DNA of 38,349 bases from a virus (Duplodnaviria; Caudoviricetes). Shown here piece by piece: positions 8,706-16,651 of this stretch (positions are counted from its first letter, which is position 1; each line of letters starts with the position of its first letter). Position numbers and translations under genes: made by a program. The notes below the pieces were generated by a model, which saw nothing but the letters and a program-made list of their open reading frames with translations, did no database searches and was not told where the DNA came from. The DNA is taken from IMG/VR virus record IMGVR_UViG_3300022670_000151, positions 1 through 38,349 of that record; one strand, written 5' to 3'.

Positions 8706-9581
8706 ATGACTAAGAAAAAAATAACATACAAAGCATTTAATGACGACATGACCTGTCGCGGCTTTCAATATGAAGTTGGAAAAACCTATAATCATACTGG
8801 TAATATATCTTGTTGTAATTCTGGATTTCATGCTTGTGAAAATCCTTTAGATATTTTGGATTACTATAATTTAACAACTTCTAAATTTGCTATTGTCGAG
8901 CAGTCAGGTGAAATAAAAAAAGAAAAAGACAAGACTGTTTCTAGCTCGATAAAAATTGAGGCATCATTAGAACTTGACGGATTAATAAAAGCTGCATTCG
9001 ACTACATTTGGAATAAATGCAAATCAAAAACCAAGGATAAAGACTCCGCTAAGTTGGCCTCGTCAGGGGACTACGCTCAGTTGGCCTCGTCAGGGGACTC
9101 CGCTCAGTTGGCCTCGTCAGGGGACTCCGCTAAGTTGGCCTCGTCAGGGGACTCCGCTCAGTTGGCCTCGTCAGGGGACTCCGCTAAGTTGGCCTCGTCA
9201 GGGGACTCCGCTAAGTTGGCCTCGTCAGGGGACTACGCTAAGTTGGCCTCGTCAGGGGACTACGCTAAGTTGGCCTCGTCAGGGGACTCCGCTCAGTTGG
9301 CCTCGTCAGGGTACTACGCTAAGTTGGCCTCGTCAGGGGACTCCGCTCAGTTGGCCTCGTCAGGGGACTCCGCTAAACAAGAAATTTCTGGTAAGGACGG
9401 AGTCGCTGTATCATGTGGCATTAATGGAAAAGTTAAAGGCATTCGGGGAACCTTGATTGCTTTAACGTGGTTTATTGATCGCAAACCTAAAGATATTATT
9501 AAAGGTCGTATTGGGTGGGGCGGATTAAAGCCAGACACATGGTATGAACTAGATGAAAAAGGCAAGTTTATAGAAGCTTAA
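8706..9581 (+). CDS. Phage protein with conserved N-domain (YK.F..D..CRGFQYEVG...GFHAC..P), 9-aa tandem repeats and K.DTWY.L C-domain
   Basis: Motifs in translation; 12 repeats of (D/Y)(S/Y)A(K/Q)LASSG. Confidence 0.85.
   Translation: MTKKKITYKAFNDDMTCRGFQYEVGKTYNHTGNISCCNSGFHACENPLDILDYYNLTTSKFAIVEQSGEIKKEKDKTVSSSIKIEASLELDGLIKAAFDYIWNKCKSKTKDKDSAKLASSGDYAQLASSGDSAQLASSGDSAKLASSGDSAQLASSGDSAKLASSGDSAKLASSGDYAKLASSGDYAKLASSGDSAQLASSGYYAKLASSGDSAQLASSGDSAKQEISGKDGVAVSCGINGKVKGIRGTLIALTWFIDRKPKDIIKGRIGWGGLKPDTWYELDEKGKFIEA
9042..9377 (+). repeat. 27-bp coding tandem repeat, 12 full units plus a partial unit
   Basis: Consensus (G/T)ACT(C/A)CGCT(A/C)AGTTGGCCTCGTCAGGG, read directly. Confidence 0.97.
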
Positions 9582-9624
9582 AAAGCTTCATAACCACTAA
9601 CCCCCGGCAGGAAAGGTAAATAAA

Positions 9625-9801
9625 ATGGAATGGGCTTTTGCGGTATCTATGGCGTTTATGTTTTTTTGCTGGGTTGTCTGGTTCTTTGTGATTAAGCAAA
9701 AGAATGGAGTTGAAATGGGTAAGTATGACAATCTCAGGGCTTTCAAAGCTTTAATGATCTGGACACCTATTAGCTTTATAATATGGAGTTTAATCTTATG
9801 A
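9625..9801 (+). CDS. Small two-TM membrane protein (58 aa, not in ORF track)
   Basis: GAAAGG RBS; MEWAFAVSMAFMFFCWVVWFFVIK...LMIWTPISFIIWSLIL. Confidence 0.65.
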   Translation: MEWAFAVSMAFMFFCWVVWFFVIKQKNGVEMGKYDNLRAFKALMIWTPISFIIWSLIL

Positions 9802-9962
9802 CCAATGAATTAAAAGTCGGTGATAGCGTCACAAAAAAGGACGGTACTTGGTCTGGGCCCATGACGATAAAAGAAATCGTCGAAAGCTGCGCTGGGCCCT
9901 ACGCCACTTTTGAAGAAGGAGGACTCTGGAGAGTTTCACATTTAAGGAAGGTAAGCACATGA
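9798..9962 (+). CDS. Small SH3/KOW-like protein (54 aa, not in ORF track)
   Basis: MTNELKVGDSV.K...GPMTI; ATGA overlaps at both ends. Confidence 0.6.
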   Translation: MTNELKVGDSVTKKDGTWSGPMTIKEIVESCAGPYATFEEGGLWRVSHLRKVST

Positions 9963-10195
9963 GTAAAGAATTTAACGACCTTGAAAAAAAATTATTAGTC
10001 AGTCTCGCGCAAGATTGTGTAGCTATGCCCTGTGAACACGAGAGCGAAAGAGAAAAAGGGTTCTTCACTTGTGCTGGTTCTATGTTCGCTATTTTGGAAA
10101 ATGAAGGCTTAACATCAACAACAGGACATGAATTTATTGCTTGTCTTGATTTTGCCGTAACAAACCTATCATTCCGAAAAGGGAGGTCTCACTAA
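9959..10195 (+). CDS. Hypothetical protein
   Basis: Translationally coupled within operon. Confidence 0.65.
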   Translation: MSKEFNDLEKKLLVSLAQDCVAMPCEHESEREKGFFTCAGSMFAILENEGLTSTTGHEFIACLDFAVTNLSFRKGRSH

Positions 10196-10464
10196 TGACC
10201 ATCGATCATTACGGTTTCATAACCGCCTTTATTTTCGTGATTTGTTGCGGAGGTTATCCATATTACCGAGCCCGTTTAAAGCCCGTACAGGGACCAAAGC
10301 GCGAAACACACTCCCGAAGTAGGGCGGATATCGAAAAACGAATACATGACGCCTCCGCTGGAATGTCTAGGCATACAATGCACTCACAGTTCTATAAAAT
10401 GCACAACGACAACAAAATTAAGGCAATGGCCGAACTTTTAAAACTGGAAAATGAAAAGGACTAA
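10195..10464 (+). CDS. Hypothetical protein with N-terminal TM segment
   Basis: GGAGG RBS; TAATG coupling; FITAFIFVICCGG hydrophobic. Confidence 0.65.
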   Translation: MTIDHYGFITAFIFVICCGGYPYYRARLKPVQGPKRETHSRSRADIEKRIHDASAGMSRHTMHSQFYKMHNDNKIKAMAELLKLENEKD

Positions 10465-10466
10465 AT

Positions 10467-10934
10467 ATGATTTATATCGACATGGACGGCGTAGTTTCTG
10501 ATTTTGAGCAAAGTATCATTAATATTTTTGGCGAAAAATACAGCAACAAGATTGCAAGTGAATTTTGGAAAACTAAATGCGTTGAAGCCGAGGCATTCCG
10601 TCTTATGCCACCAATACCAGAAGGCATAGAAATGGTTCAGCAAATAGCCGCCGAAAATGACATTTGTTTTATGACCAGCACAGGGGGAATGCCTCACCAC
10701 ATCGACATAGCCAAGCAAAAACTAGACTGGCTTCACAATCACGGTCTAGGTGGACATCCTGTGGCGTTTTGTATGAACACGAGAGGAAAGGGCCAATTTG
10801 CTCAACCACACGCTATCTTAATAGACGACAGACAGAAAGTTTGTGACGCTTGGGAAGAGGGAGGAGGTAATGCCTTATTATTCACCCGCGAATCGGCCCT
10901 ATACACCGCTGAAATTGTGTTAGCTTTTCCATAA
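10467..10934 (+). CDS. HAD-family 5'(3')-deoxyribonucleotidase-like phosphatase
   Basis: IYIDMDGVVSDF (motif I), FMTS (II), K..WL (III), LIDDR (IV). Confidence 0.85.
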   Translation: MIYIDMDGVVSDFEQSIINIFGEKYSNKIASEFWKTKCVEAEAFRLMPPIPEGIEMVQQIAAENDICFMTSTGGMPHHIDIAKQKLDWLHNHGLGGHPVAFCMNTRGKGQFAQPHAILIDDRQKVCDAWEEGGGNALLFTRESALYTAEIVLAFP

Positions 10935-10958
10935 AAAAAGGCCCCGATTAAGGGGCCT
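10933..10958 (-). terminator. Intrinsic terminator of the late operon at the convergent junction
   Basis: AGGCCCC-gattaa-GGGGCCT with A7 run on its left (U-tail on the - strand). Confidence 0.85.
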
Positions 10959-10983
10959 AAGTTGGACAGTCACGGAGTAACGT

Positions 10984-11496
10984 TTATTTTTTATCTTTGC
11001 TTTTTGAACCCATTGAAGAACCGAAGTGAAAATTTATGACGTCTCTGCGTTCCGACATTAAGCCGTTGATGACACCACCAACTACACTGCTTATTACGGC
11101 CACCAAAGCACCGTCTTCGACGTAATTGACGACGCCAACCAAAACTATAAGCGCAACGGCGACCATCCACAGATTGTTATGCATAACGCTTTCAGCAATT
11201 TTGTCTGTCTGTTTGTGGTCCGTGTCTTTGTACATAACCCTTGCGTCTTTGGTATTCTCGAGGTTCAACCGATCAGGGATATGTTTGTCAGCCAATAAAG
11301 CCAGTTCGTATTTGTAGCGCAGTTCGGGGTCAGCGTGTAAGGCCGCGACAGCGTCGTCTTCGTTGTTTGTGCCAGTGATAGACTTCGCGAGGGCGATTGC
11401 CTTGTCCTTAAGTCCACCGTTGCCACCAGTGACCGCTTTAATCAACTTAGGAACCTTTTTCAATAGTCCTAATACGCTTAAAATTCCGATAGCCAT
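10984..11496 (-). CDS. Holin-like membrane protein (GTA 3TM-holin type)
   Basis: Follows endolysin; N..DAR.M motif; two C-terminal TMs; VINFHFGSS.GS..K. Confidence 0.7.
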   Translation of the reverse strand: MAIGILSVLGLLKKVPKLIKAVTGGNGGLKDKAIALAKSITGTNNEDDAVAALHADPELRYKYELALLADKHIPDRLNLENTKDARVMYKDTDHKQTDKIAESVMHNNLWMVAVALIVLVGVVNYVEDGALVAVISSVVGGVINGLMSERRDVINFHFGSSMGSKSKDKK

Positions 11497-11498
11497 AA

Positions 11499-11894
11499 TT
11501 AATCTCCAATAATTTCAAAATGGGGCCAATCATTAAACCGATTGTCTTTTAAATCCCAGTCTTTATCCCAATCACCGCCCCAGCGCAGTTTATAACCCAA
11601 TCCTGCGGCAATGCCTAATATGAAGGCTGCGAAGCGTATAAACGCCTCTCTATCTTTCCAATCATAAGGGGAGGGGAATAAATCAAAAGCCTTTGACGGG
11701 TCGCTGTTGTGCTTACCGTTTGGCCATTCAATTTCAGACTTGCCTGCATTAAAAGCTTGGTTCTGTTTTTCTTTTCCCCGGTGGCCTTCAATAACCGCGA
11801 AATCAACCGTTTTAATGGCTATGTGTGCGATTTCTTGTAATCGGATATCACAAGTCGCAAGTTCTCTTTTTGATTTTGTTCCAAAGTGGGGCAT
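11499..11894 (-). CDS. Endolysin, M15 family (L-Ala-D-Glu type) peptidase
   Basis: DF.VIEGHR...Q, KHN..PS.A.D, RWGGDW, D.PHFE zinc motifs. Confidence 0.9.
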   Translation of the reverse strand: MPHFGTKSKRELATCDIRLQEIAHIAIKTVDFAVIEGHRGKEKQNQAFNAGKSEIEWPNGKHNSDPSKAFDLFPSPYDWKDREAFIRFAAFILGIAAGLGYKLRWGGDWDKDWDLKDNRFNDWPHFEIIGD

Positions 11895-11896
11895 TA

Positions 11897-12121
11897 TTAC
11901 TCTTTCTTGGCAGCTTGTTCTTGATCAAATTTCAGTCGGTTTTTAGCGGCCATATGACCAGACAGAACACTCAAGAACGCAATCATAAACATTAAGGAGG
12001 AATAGTGCCCGGTGATAAAGTTATCGACGGTCCCAACAAATCCCATAAACCCACCAGCTGCGGTTCCGTGGTTAGCGGTCACGTCTATTGCGGTCTGTTT
12101 TACGATTTGCCAAGCGTTCAT
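11897..12121 (-). CDS. Small membrane protein, putative holin/antiholin
   Basis: Hydrophobic segment and charged C-tail; directly upstream of endolysin. Confidence 0.55.
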   Translation of the reverse strand: MNAWQIVKQTAIDVTANHGTAAGGFMGFVGTVDNFITGHYSSLMFMIAFLSVLSGHMAAKNRLKFDQEQAAKKE

Positions 12122-12672
12122 TTTTCAGGTCCCTGTGTGTTTTTCGCCAATTTATTAACTTTGTTAACATTCCCCATATCATCACTGCTAATAGCACATA
12201 TAGAGGAAGATTTCCAATTTCGGGATAAGGAGGAGAAACCATCTCGTAAATATGCCCAATTATTTCTGATACGCTCCCCATACATTGTCACTCCTAAACT
12301 TAAAATTTGTAAAATAATGATCAGGTTAATCAAAATCCCGTAATTGTCGAAAACAAAATTTGTCCCCTCGTTAATATCGACCAATTGTAAAACATGGGCA
12401 CTCGCCGCAATAACCAAAAGAATTCCCTGCCTGAATATTCCTTCGATTATATAGTCCCTTGTGTCCAGCTTCGATAAAATCATCATTAAAAACACAGTCG
12501 CCAAATCTAACAAAACAGCAGAAATTAAGAATAAATCATCACCCATTCCGCTTTGAGAAATCCATAAAACCCAATTGAACATTGATGCAACGAAAAGAGG
12601 CAGGGCAATAGTTTGAACCCTGCTCCCAATCAAATGAAAATAAAATAATGTTATGAAAGCGTTGAAAATCAT
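12118..12672 (-). CDS. Multi-pass membrane protein
   Basis: About 4-5 hydrophobic segments; ATGA-coupled at both ends. Confidence 0.75.
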   Translation of the reverse strand: MIFNAFITLFYFHLIGSRVQTIALPLFVASMFNWVLWISQSGMGDDLFLISAVLLDLATVFLMMILSKLDTRDYIIEGIFRQGILLVIAASAHVLQLVDINEGTNFVFDNYGILINLIIILQILSLGVTMYGERIRNNWAYLRDGFSSLSRNWKSSSICAISSDDMGNVNKVNKLAKNTQGPEK

Positions 12673-12761
12673 TTCTTCTTTTTCTTTCCAGTTTTCTTTT
12701 TACCTTTTGCAGGAACTTTTCGTTTCATCGGCTTACCACGTGTTGCTCTATCAGTAGACAT
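12669..12761 (-). CDS. 30-aa Lys-rich basic peptide (not in ORF track)
   Basis: AAGGA RBS; MSTDRATRGKPMKRKVPAKGKKKTGKKKKK; TGA overlaps ATG of 12672. Confidence 0.65.
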   Translation of the reverse strand: MSTDRATRGKPMKRKVPAKGKKKTGKKKKK

Positions 12762-12785
12762 AATTTTTCCTTTATTTTATTAATA

Positions 12786-13952
12786 TTAAACAGCTACCTT
12801 CACAGTGCCGCTATCATTCCATAATGACCCTGTCGCACCGGCAGAGGTAGGGAGGTTCGCGAATATCTCGCCATTTTTAAGGATGGTAAAAAGATCACCG
12901 CCACCGCCACCGCCAGCAGCGGCTACACCAGTATGTAATTCAAACGCTACAGCGGTTGATGGATCATTATTGTTCGTATCAGTGTATATATGGGCTCCGC
13001 CTCGTGCAGCTAAGTCAAGAATTCCCGCAGTAAATGAATTGATAAATTCCCCGCCAGCAACACCGCCTAATTCCAACTTCTTGCCTTGGTTTAACGCTAA
13101 TATTTGAGCCAGTGCCGCTATGCCTGTGCTGTTATCAAAATGAAGAAAAACAGTCCCATTAGAGCGAAGCTCAATATCAAGACCTTTTGTGGCGTGGGCC
13201 TCTCCATATAGTATGATATTTGCGCCTGTATCCTTAGTGGTTGATGAACTAAGGTGAGTGGCTCCGTCAGGGTCGCCCCCCAAGATTTCAGGATTAGGAG
13301 CATTTAAATCAATATCGCCAGCCGTAAGCACAACGAAAGTAGGGCTATCAGTGGTATTCAAATCTTGGTCAAATGGGTTTTCAGATGTCCCCCAGAAAGC
13401 AGGCGATGAAACAGGGTCATTATTCAAGTTCGCAGCCTGAAGAGATTTGTATATTTGCCCATTAGAGCCAACGACACCACCATCACCAAGCGCATAAGTG
13501 ATATTAGGGTTCCAAGTACGTAAAAAAGACACTTGCTCCCAAAACGTCGCGGAAGCAATAGGATCGTTATTTGTATTGTTGTTTTGGAGGGACTTATAAA
13601 CCAATCCGTCAGAACCCACTACATAAGCACCGATTTCATACTCAACAATTGAATTCCAATCATCGAATGCTGCGCCTGACCCGAATGTTCCAACGTCGTT
13701 AATAGCCCAAATCTGCACGTCGTCAGAATCAGTCAAAATAGCCCGAGCCGTTCCCGCATAAAAAACATTAGGAAGACGACCGTCCCCAGTTAATAAAACA
13801 GGGTTTGCATTAGGGATTGTTTCGTTAACGTCGGCAAACGTATTTTTTGGAGTATCTGTTCCGCTTTCAAAGAAAAACATTTTCCCTGAAATTAAAGGAT
13901 CGCCAGCACTATCAAAAAATTGTGGGCGGGGATTTGAAAATCTACTGGTCAT
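12786..13952 (-). CDS. Tail fibre/tailspike with N-terminal head-binding domain and two CBM5/12-like repeats
   Basis: PRPQFFD..G.P...GK..F..SGT.TP..T..D.....PN.NPV.L...GR; repeats W.....Y..G..V.GS.G..YKSLQ..N.NNDP..S..FW. Confidence 0.82.
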   Translation of the reverse strand: MTSRFSNPRPQFFDSAGDPLISGKMFFFESGTDTPKNTFADVNETIPNANPVLLTGDGRLPNVFYAGTARAILTDSDDVQIWAINDVGTFGSGAAFDDWNSIVEYEIGAYVVGSDGLVYKSLQNNNTNNDPIASATFWEQVSFLRTWNPNITYALGDGGVVGSNGQIYKSLQAANLNNDPVSSPAFWGTSENPFDQDLNTTDSPTFVVLTAGDIDLNAPNPEILGGDPDGATHLSSSTTKDTGANIILYGEAHATKGLDIELRSNGTVFLHFDNSTGIAALAQILALNQGKKLELGGVAGGEFINSFTAGILDLAARGGAHIYTDTNNNDPSTAVAFELHTGVAAAGGGGGGDLFTILKNGEIFANLPTSAGATGSLWNDSGTVKVAV

Positions 13953-15495
13953 TTGTTTTTCCTTCAACTACACCAAAAGCCATCATTCTGGCTATGTTTT
14001 CAGCGGCCTCAGAACCAAAAGTTCCCAAAGCTTCTAAACGGTTTTTAATAACGACGGAACGGTTAGCACGTTTCCTATTTACACCCGAGCGAACCAAAGC
14101 CTGCACAAAGTCGGCGTTTGACTTCTTAATAGCGGCTGCGGAACTTCTGGCTATCTGGCCAGCTATTGGGGCACCAACGGCACCGGGGACGCCAACAACG
14201 GCTGCACCACCACCTGACCCTATAATAGAAGTAAGGGCGTTCTGCGGGGAAAACTTCGACAGGATATCAAGCACCTGCTCACCAGTGTTTCCTTTTGCTA
14301 CTTTTTCCATTGCGGAAAGCTCCTCACGATTGAAAAGGCGACTTTTCTTTTCGTTCCGAAGAATGGCAGCAAATTGGTTTCTAATGCTACGCGCGCCGGG
14401 GTTAGCAGCAAGGCCAGCGTCATTGATTGCTTTTGTCACAACTTCTGATTTTCTTAAACGCTGCCATAAATCACGCGCCTTCGTTAATTGTTCGCCACCC
14501 TTACGAGAATTTCCTGCGTTCACTTGGGACGGCTTAACCTTCAAAACGAATTCATCAACGCTATCACGCAATAAACGGGCTAAACGAGCGTCTGGGCGTT
14601 TGATTGATTGTGTGGCGTCACCAATTATTTTTCTAACTTCTTCAAGTTCGGTTAAGGTCACAACTTCTTTTTCACCCAAGGCGATAACTTCGTCAAAAGC
14701 TGCTCTTGTGTCAGGGTGTAATTTTTCATTAATACGCCCGACTTTTTTTTCAGCGGTTTTAATAAGTTTTTGCACACCAGCAGGCTTGAAAGAAACGCCT
14801 TCATTTTCAGCGGCTTTATATGCTGCGTTCGCTTCTGATCGTAAAACTTCCTCAGTCGGTGCTGCTGCCTTGATTTGTTTTTTAGTCAACGGGGTTTCAA
14901 CTACTTTCCGCTGTTTAGTCACCCTAATTTTAGGAAGCGCGCCGGCAGGAACTTGACCGCCAAGGAACAAGGCCGACTGATTAATAAACTCGGTAATCTC
15001 TTCGCGCGGTGCCCCTGTTACTTCTTCGACAATTTGCCCTGTCGCGTTGAATAATGACTGAATTCCTGAACCACCAACCGCCAAAGCAGCAACGCCGCCC
15101 TGTAAAATGTCTTTGGGAAGGCTTAATAGAAAACTGTTTTGCGCGTCTTCGGGTTTGTCTTCAAGGCCAAAATGTTCAAGCAATCCCTGAAAAGTCACGT
15201 CTAATTGTGCCGTCGGGTCTTCAGCTGTGCCAAAAGGCTCCGCTATTGCTTCGCCTAACCGTCCAACGCCAGCAAGAAAACCGCTTTCCTCTTGGGCTTG
15301 TGCTGCTTGACGGCCTTCGAATTGTTGAATGTCAGTCACGCGACTTCCTACGGTCCGCTGTTCCTCTCCCGGGAGAGTGGGGACGGGCTGTTCGTTGATG
15401 AATTTTTTAACAGCAGCATTAATGACGGTGTCTGGCGTCCCGTCAGGGAAGCTTAGAATTGTTCCGTCTGCTAGTTGTGCCTGAATATCAGCCAT
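13942..15495 (-). CDS. DNA ejection protein (P22 gp16 position)
   Basis: Last gene of ejection cluster; LADGT.L.FPDGTP N-terminal motif; helical, Ala/Gly-rich C-terminal hydrophobic segment. Confidence 0.7.
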   Translation of the reverse strand: MADIQAQLADGTILSFPDGTPDTVINAAVKKFINEQPVPTLPGEEQRTVGSRVTDIQQFEGRQAAQAQEESGFLAGVGRLGEAIAEPFGTAEDPTAQLDVTFQGLLEHFGLEDKPEDAQNSFLLSLPKDILQGGVAALAVGGSGIQSLFNATGQIVEEVTGAPREEITEFINQSALFLGGQVPAGALPKIRVTKQRKVVETPLTKKQIKAAAPTEEVLRSEANAAYKAAENEGVSFKPAGVQKLIKTAEKKVGRINEKLHPDTRAAFDEVIALGEKEVVTLTELEEVRKIIGDATQSIKRPDARLARLLRDSVDEFVLKVKPSQVNAGNSRKGGEQLTKARDLWQRLRKSEVVTKAINDAGLAANPGARSIRNQFAAILRNEKKSRLFNREELSAMEKVAKGNTGEQVLDILSKFSPQNALTSIIGSGGGAAVVGVPGAVGAPIAGQIARSSAAAIKKSNADFVQALVRSGVNRKRANRSVVIKNRLEALGTFGSEAAENIARMMAFGVVEGKTNDQ

Positions 15496-16651
15496 CAATC
15501 TGATTTCCTTTTTCATCAAATCTAATTACTCGACCACTTGGTGTCGGGCCTTGTTGCGGTGCGTCTGTTTCACCAGAAGCGGCTTGTTGTTGCACCGCTT
15601 TTAATCGATCTAATGACGCTATAATTAAATTCAAATTCTCTTTAAGTTGCTTTTCGGATTGACCGATTGACAAGTTTTGGACTGCGGACTGTAAGAAAGA
15701 CAATTCTTTTTCAGTCACTTGGCCCAAAGCCCCACCCGTAGGCGACGCTGCGCGCATTTTTGCCAATTCTTCAAAACCAAGCCTTGCCCGTGTTGTTTCG
15801 ATAAGGGCTTCGAAATCAGCTGATTCCGTTCCGGGGATAGTTGGGAATGCGGATTGAGGACCAACAGCGTCACTGAAACCGGGGTGTGTGAGTAATCTTC
15901 CAACAAGTGCCGATGTATCGGTAATGTTTTGGATAGACGCTGCTGCAGCGAGAGCTACTTTTTCTTCACCAGCCGCTGCTTTGACCTGTCGTTGTTGTGA
16001 CAATTCAGCTTTTTCACGGGCGGCGACACGGGGATCGCTTTCAACTTTACCTGTAAGGCTGCTGCGCTGACCAATGACGCGACCTTGATCGTCAGTGACG
16101 GGGCTAAATGTTTCTTGTGGTTTTGCCACTTGGGGCCTATTTAAAACGGTAATTTTGCCATTAGGTTCAACTTGTGCCGACGTGCCTGCTGGAAGTCCTG
16201 CCGTTGCAATTTCTTGCGGTGTCAAAGGTCGTGTTTTTGCTTGCGGTGCCTGAATAATCCCGGCCCTAGCAGCGTCTTCTAAACCTTCGTCAATTTCAGA
16301 ATTAAGGCGTTTCAGTGACTTCATATCACCGCTAATGGCTGCGTTTGTAATATCCAAAAGTTGCTGCGTGTCGGCAGGGTTTCCACCCAATTCAACAATA
16401 TTCGCGATTCTATTGCTTGCAAGTTCACGAACGCCGATTAGATCTTTTTTATCTAGCAAACGCCGGGCCCGTTGCAAGTCTTCGGCTAAAGCTTTTTGAC
16501 GGCCTAAATCTAATCTTTCTTCTTGCGCCCTTTGATTTGATAAAAATTGTTGACCTTGTCCGGCAACACCAGCACCGAAGGCTGATAAGCCACGGCCTAT
16601 CTTCTGGAATGTTGAAAGTTCTTGTCCGGGGACTTCGAATGCATGGGCCAT
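15488..16651 (-). CDS. DNA ejection protein (P22 gp20 position)
   Basis: Position; SPTGGALGQVTEKEL..LQ....L...QS..Q...NL motif. Confidence 0.7.
   Translation of the reverse strand: MAHAFEVPGQELSTFQKIGRGLSAFGAGVAGQGQQFLSNQRAQEERLDLGRQKALAEDLQRARRLLDKKDLIGVRELASNRIANIVELGGNPADTQQLLDITNAAISGDMKSLKRLNSEIDEGLEDAARAGIIQAPQAKTRPLTPQEIATAGLPAGTSAQVEPNGKITVLNRPQVAKPQETFSPVTDDQGRVIGQRSSLTGKVESDPRVAAREKAELSQQRQVKAAAGEEKVALAAAASIQNITDTSALVGRLLTHPGFSDAVGPQSAFPTIPGTESADFEALIETTRARLGFEELAKMRAASPTGGALGQVTEKELSFLQSAVQNLSIGQSEKQLKENLNLIIASLDRLKAVQQQAASGETDAPQQGPTPSGRVIRFDEKGNQIDG

Noticed and set aside
9042-9377. CRISPR array or DGR variable/template repeat
   Set aside because: Units are contiguous with no spacers and lie in frame inside a CDS; no cas or reverse transcriptase gene and no separate template copy were seen
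12072-12281. Nested 69-aa ORF as an Rz1-like spanin
   Set aside because: It has a hydrophobic segment but no lipobox Cys or clear RBS; cannot be supported, though a nested membrane peptide is not excluded
13847-14956. 369-aa + strand ORF
   Set aside because: Antisense shadow of the gp16-like gene, with no RBS or recognisable motif
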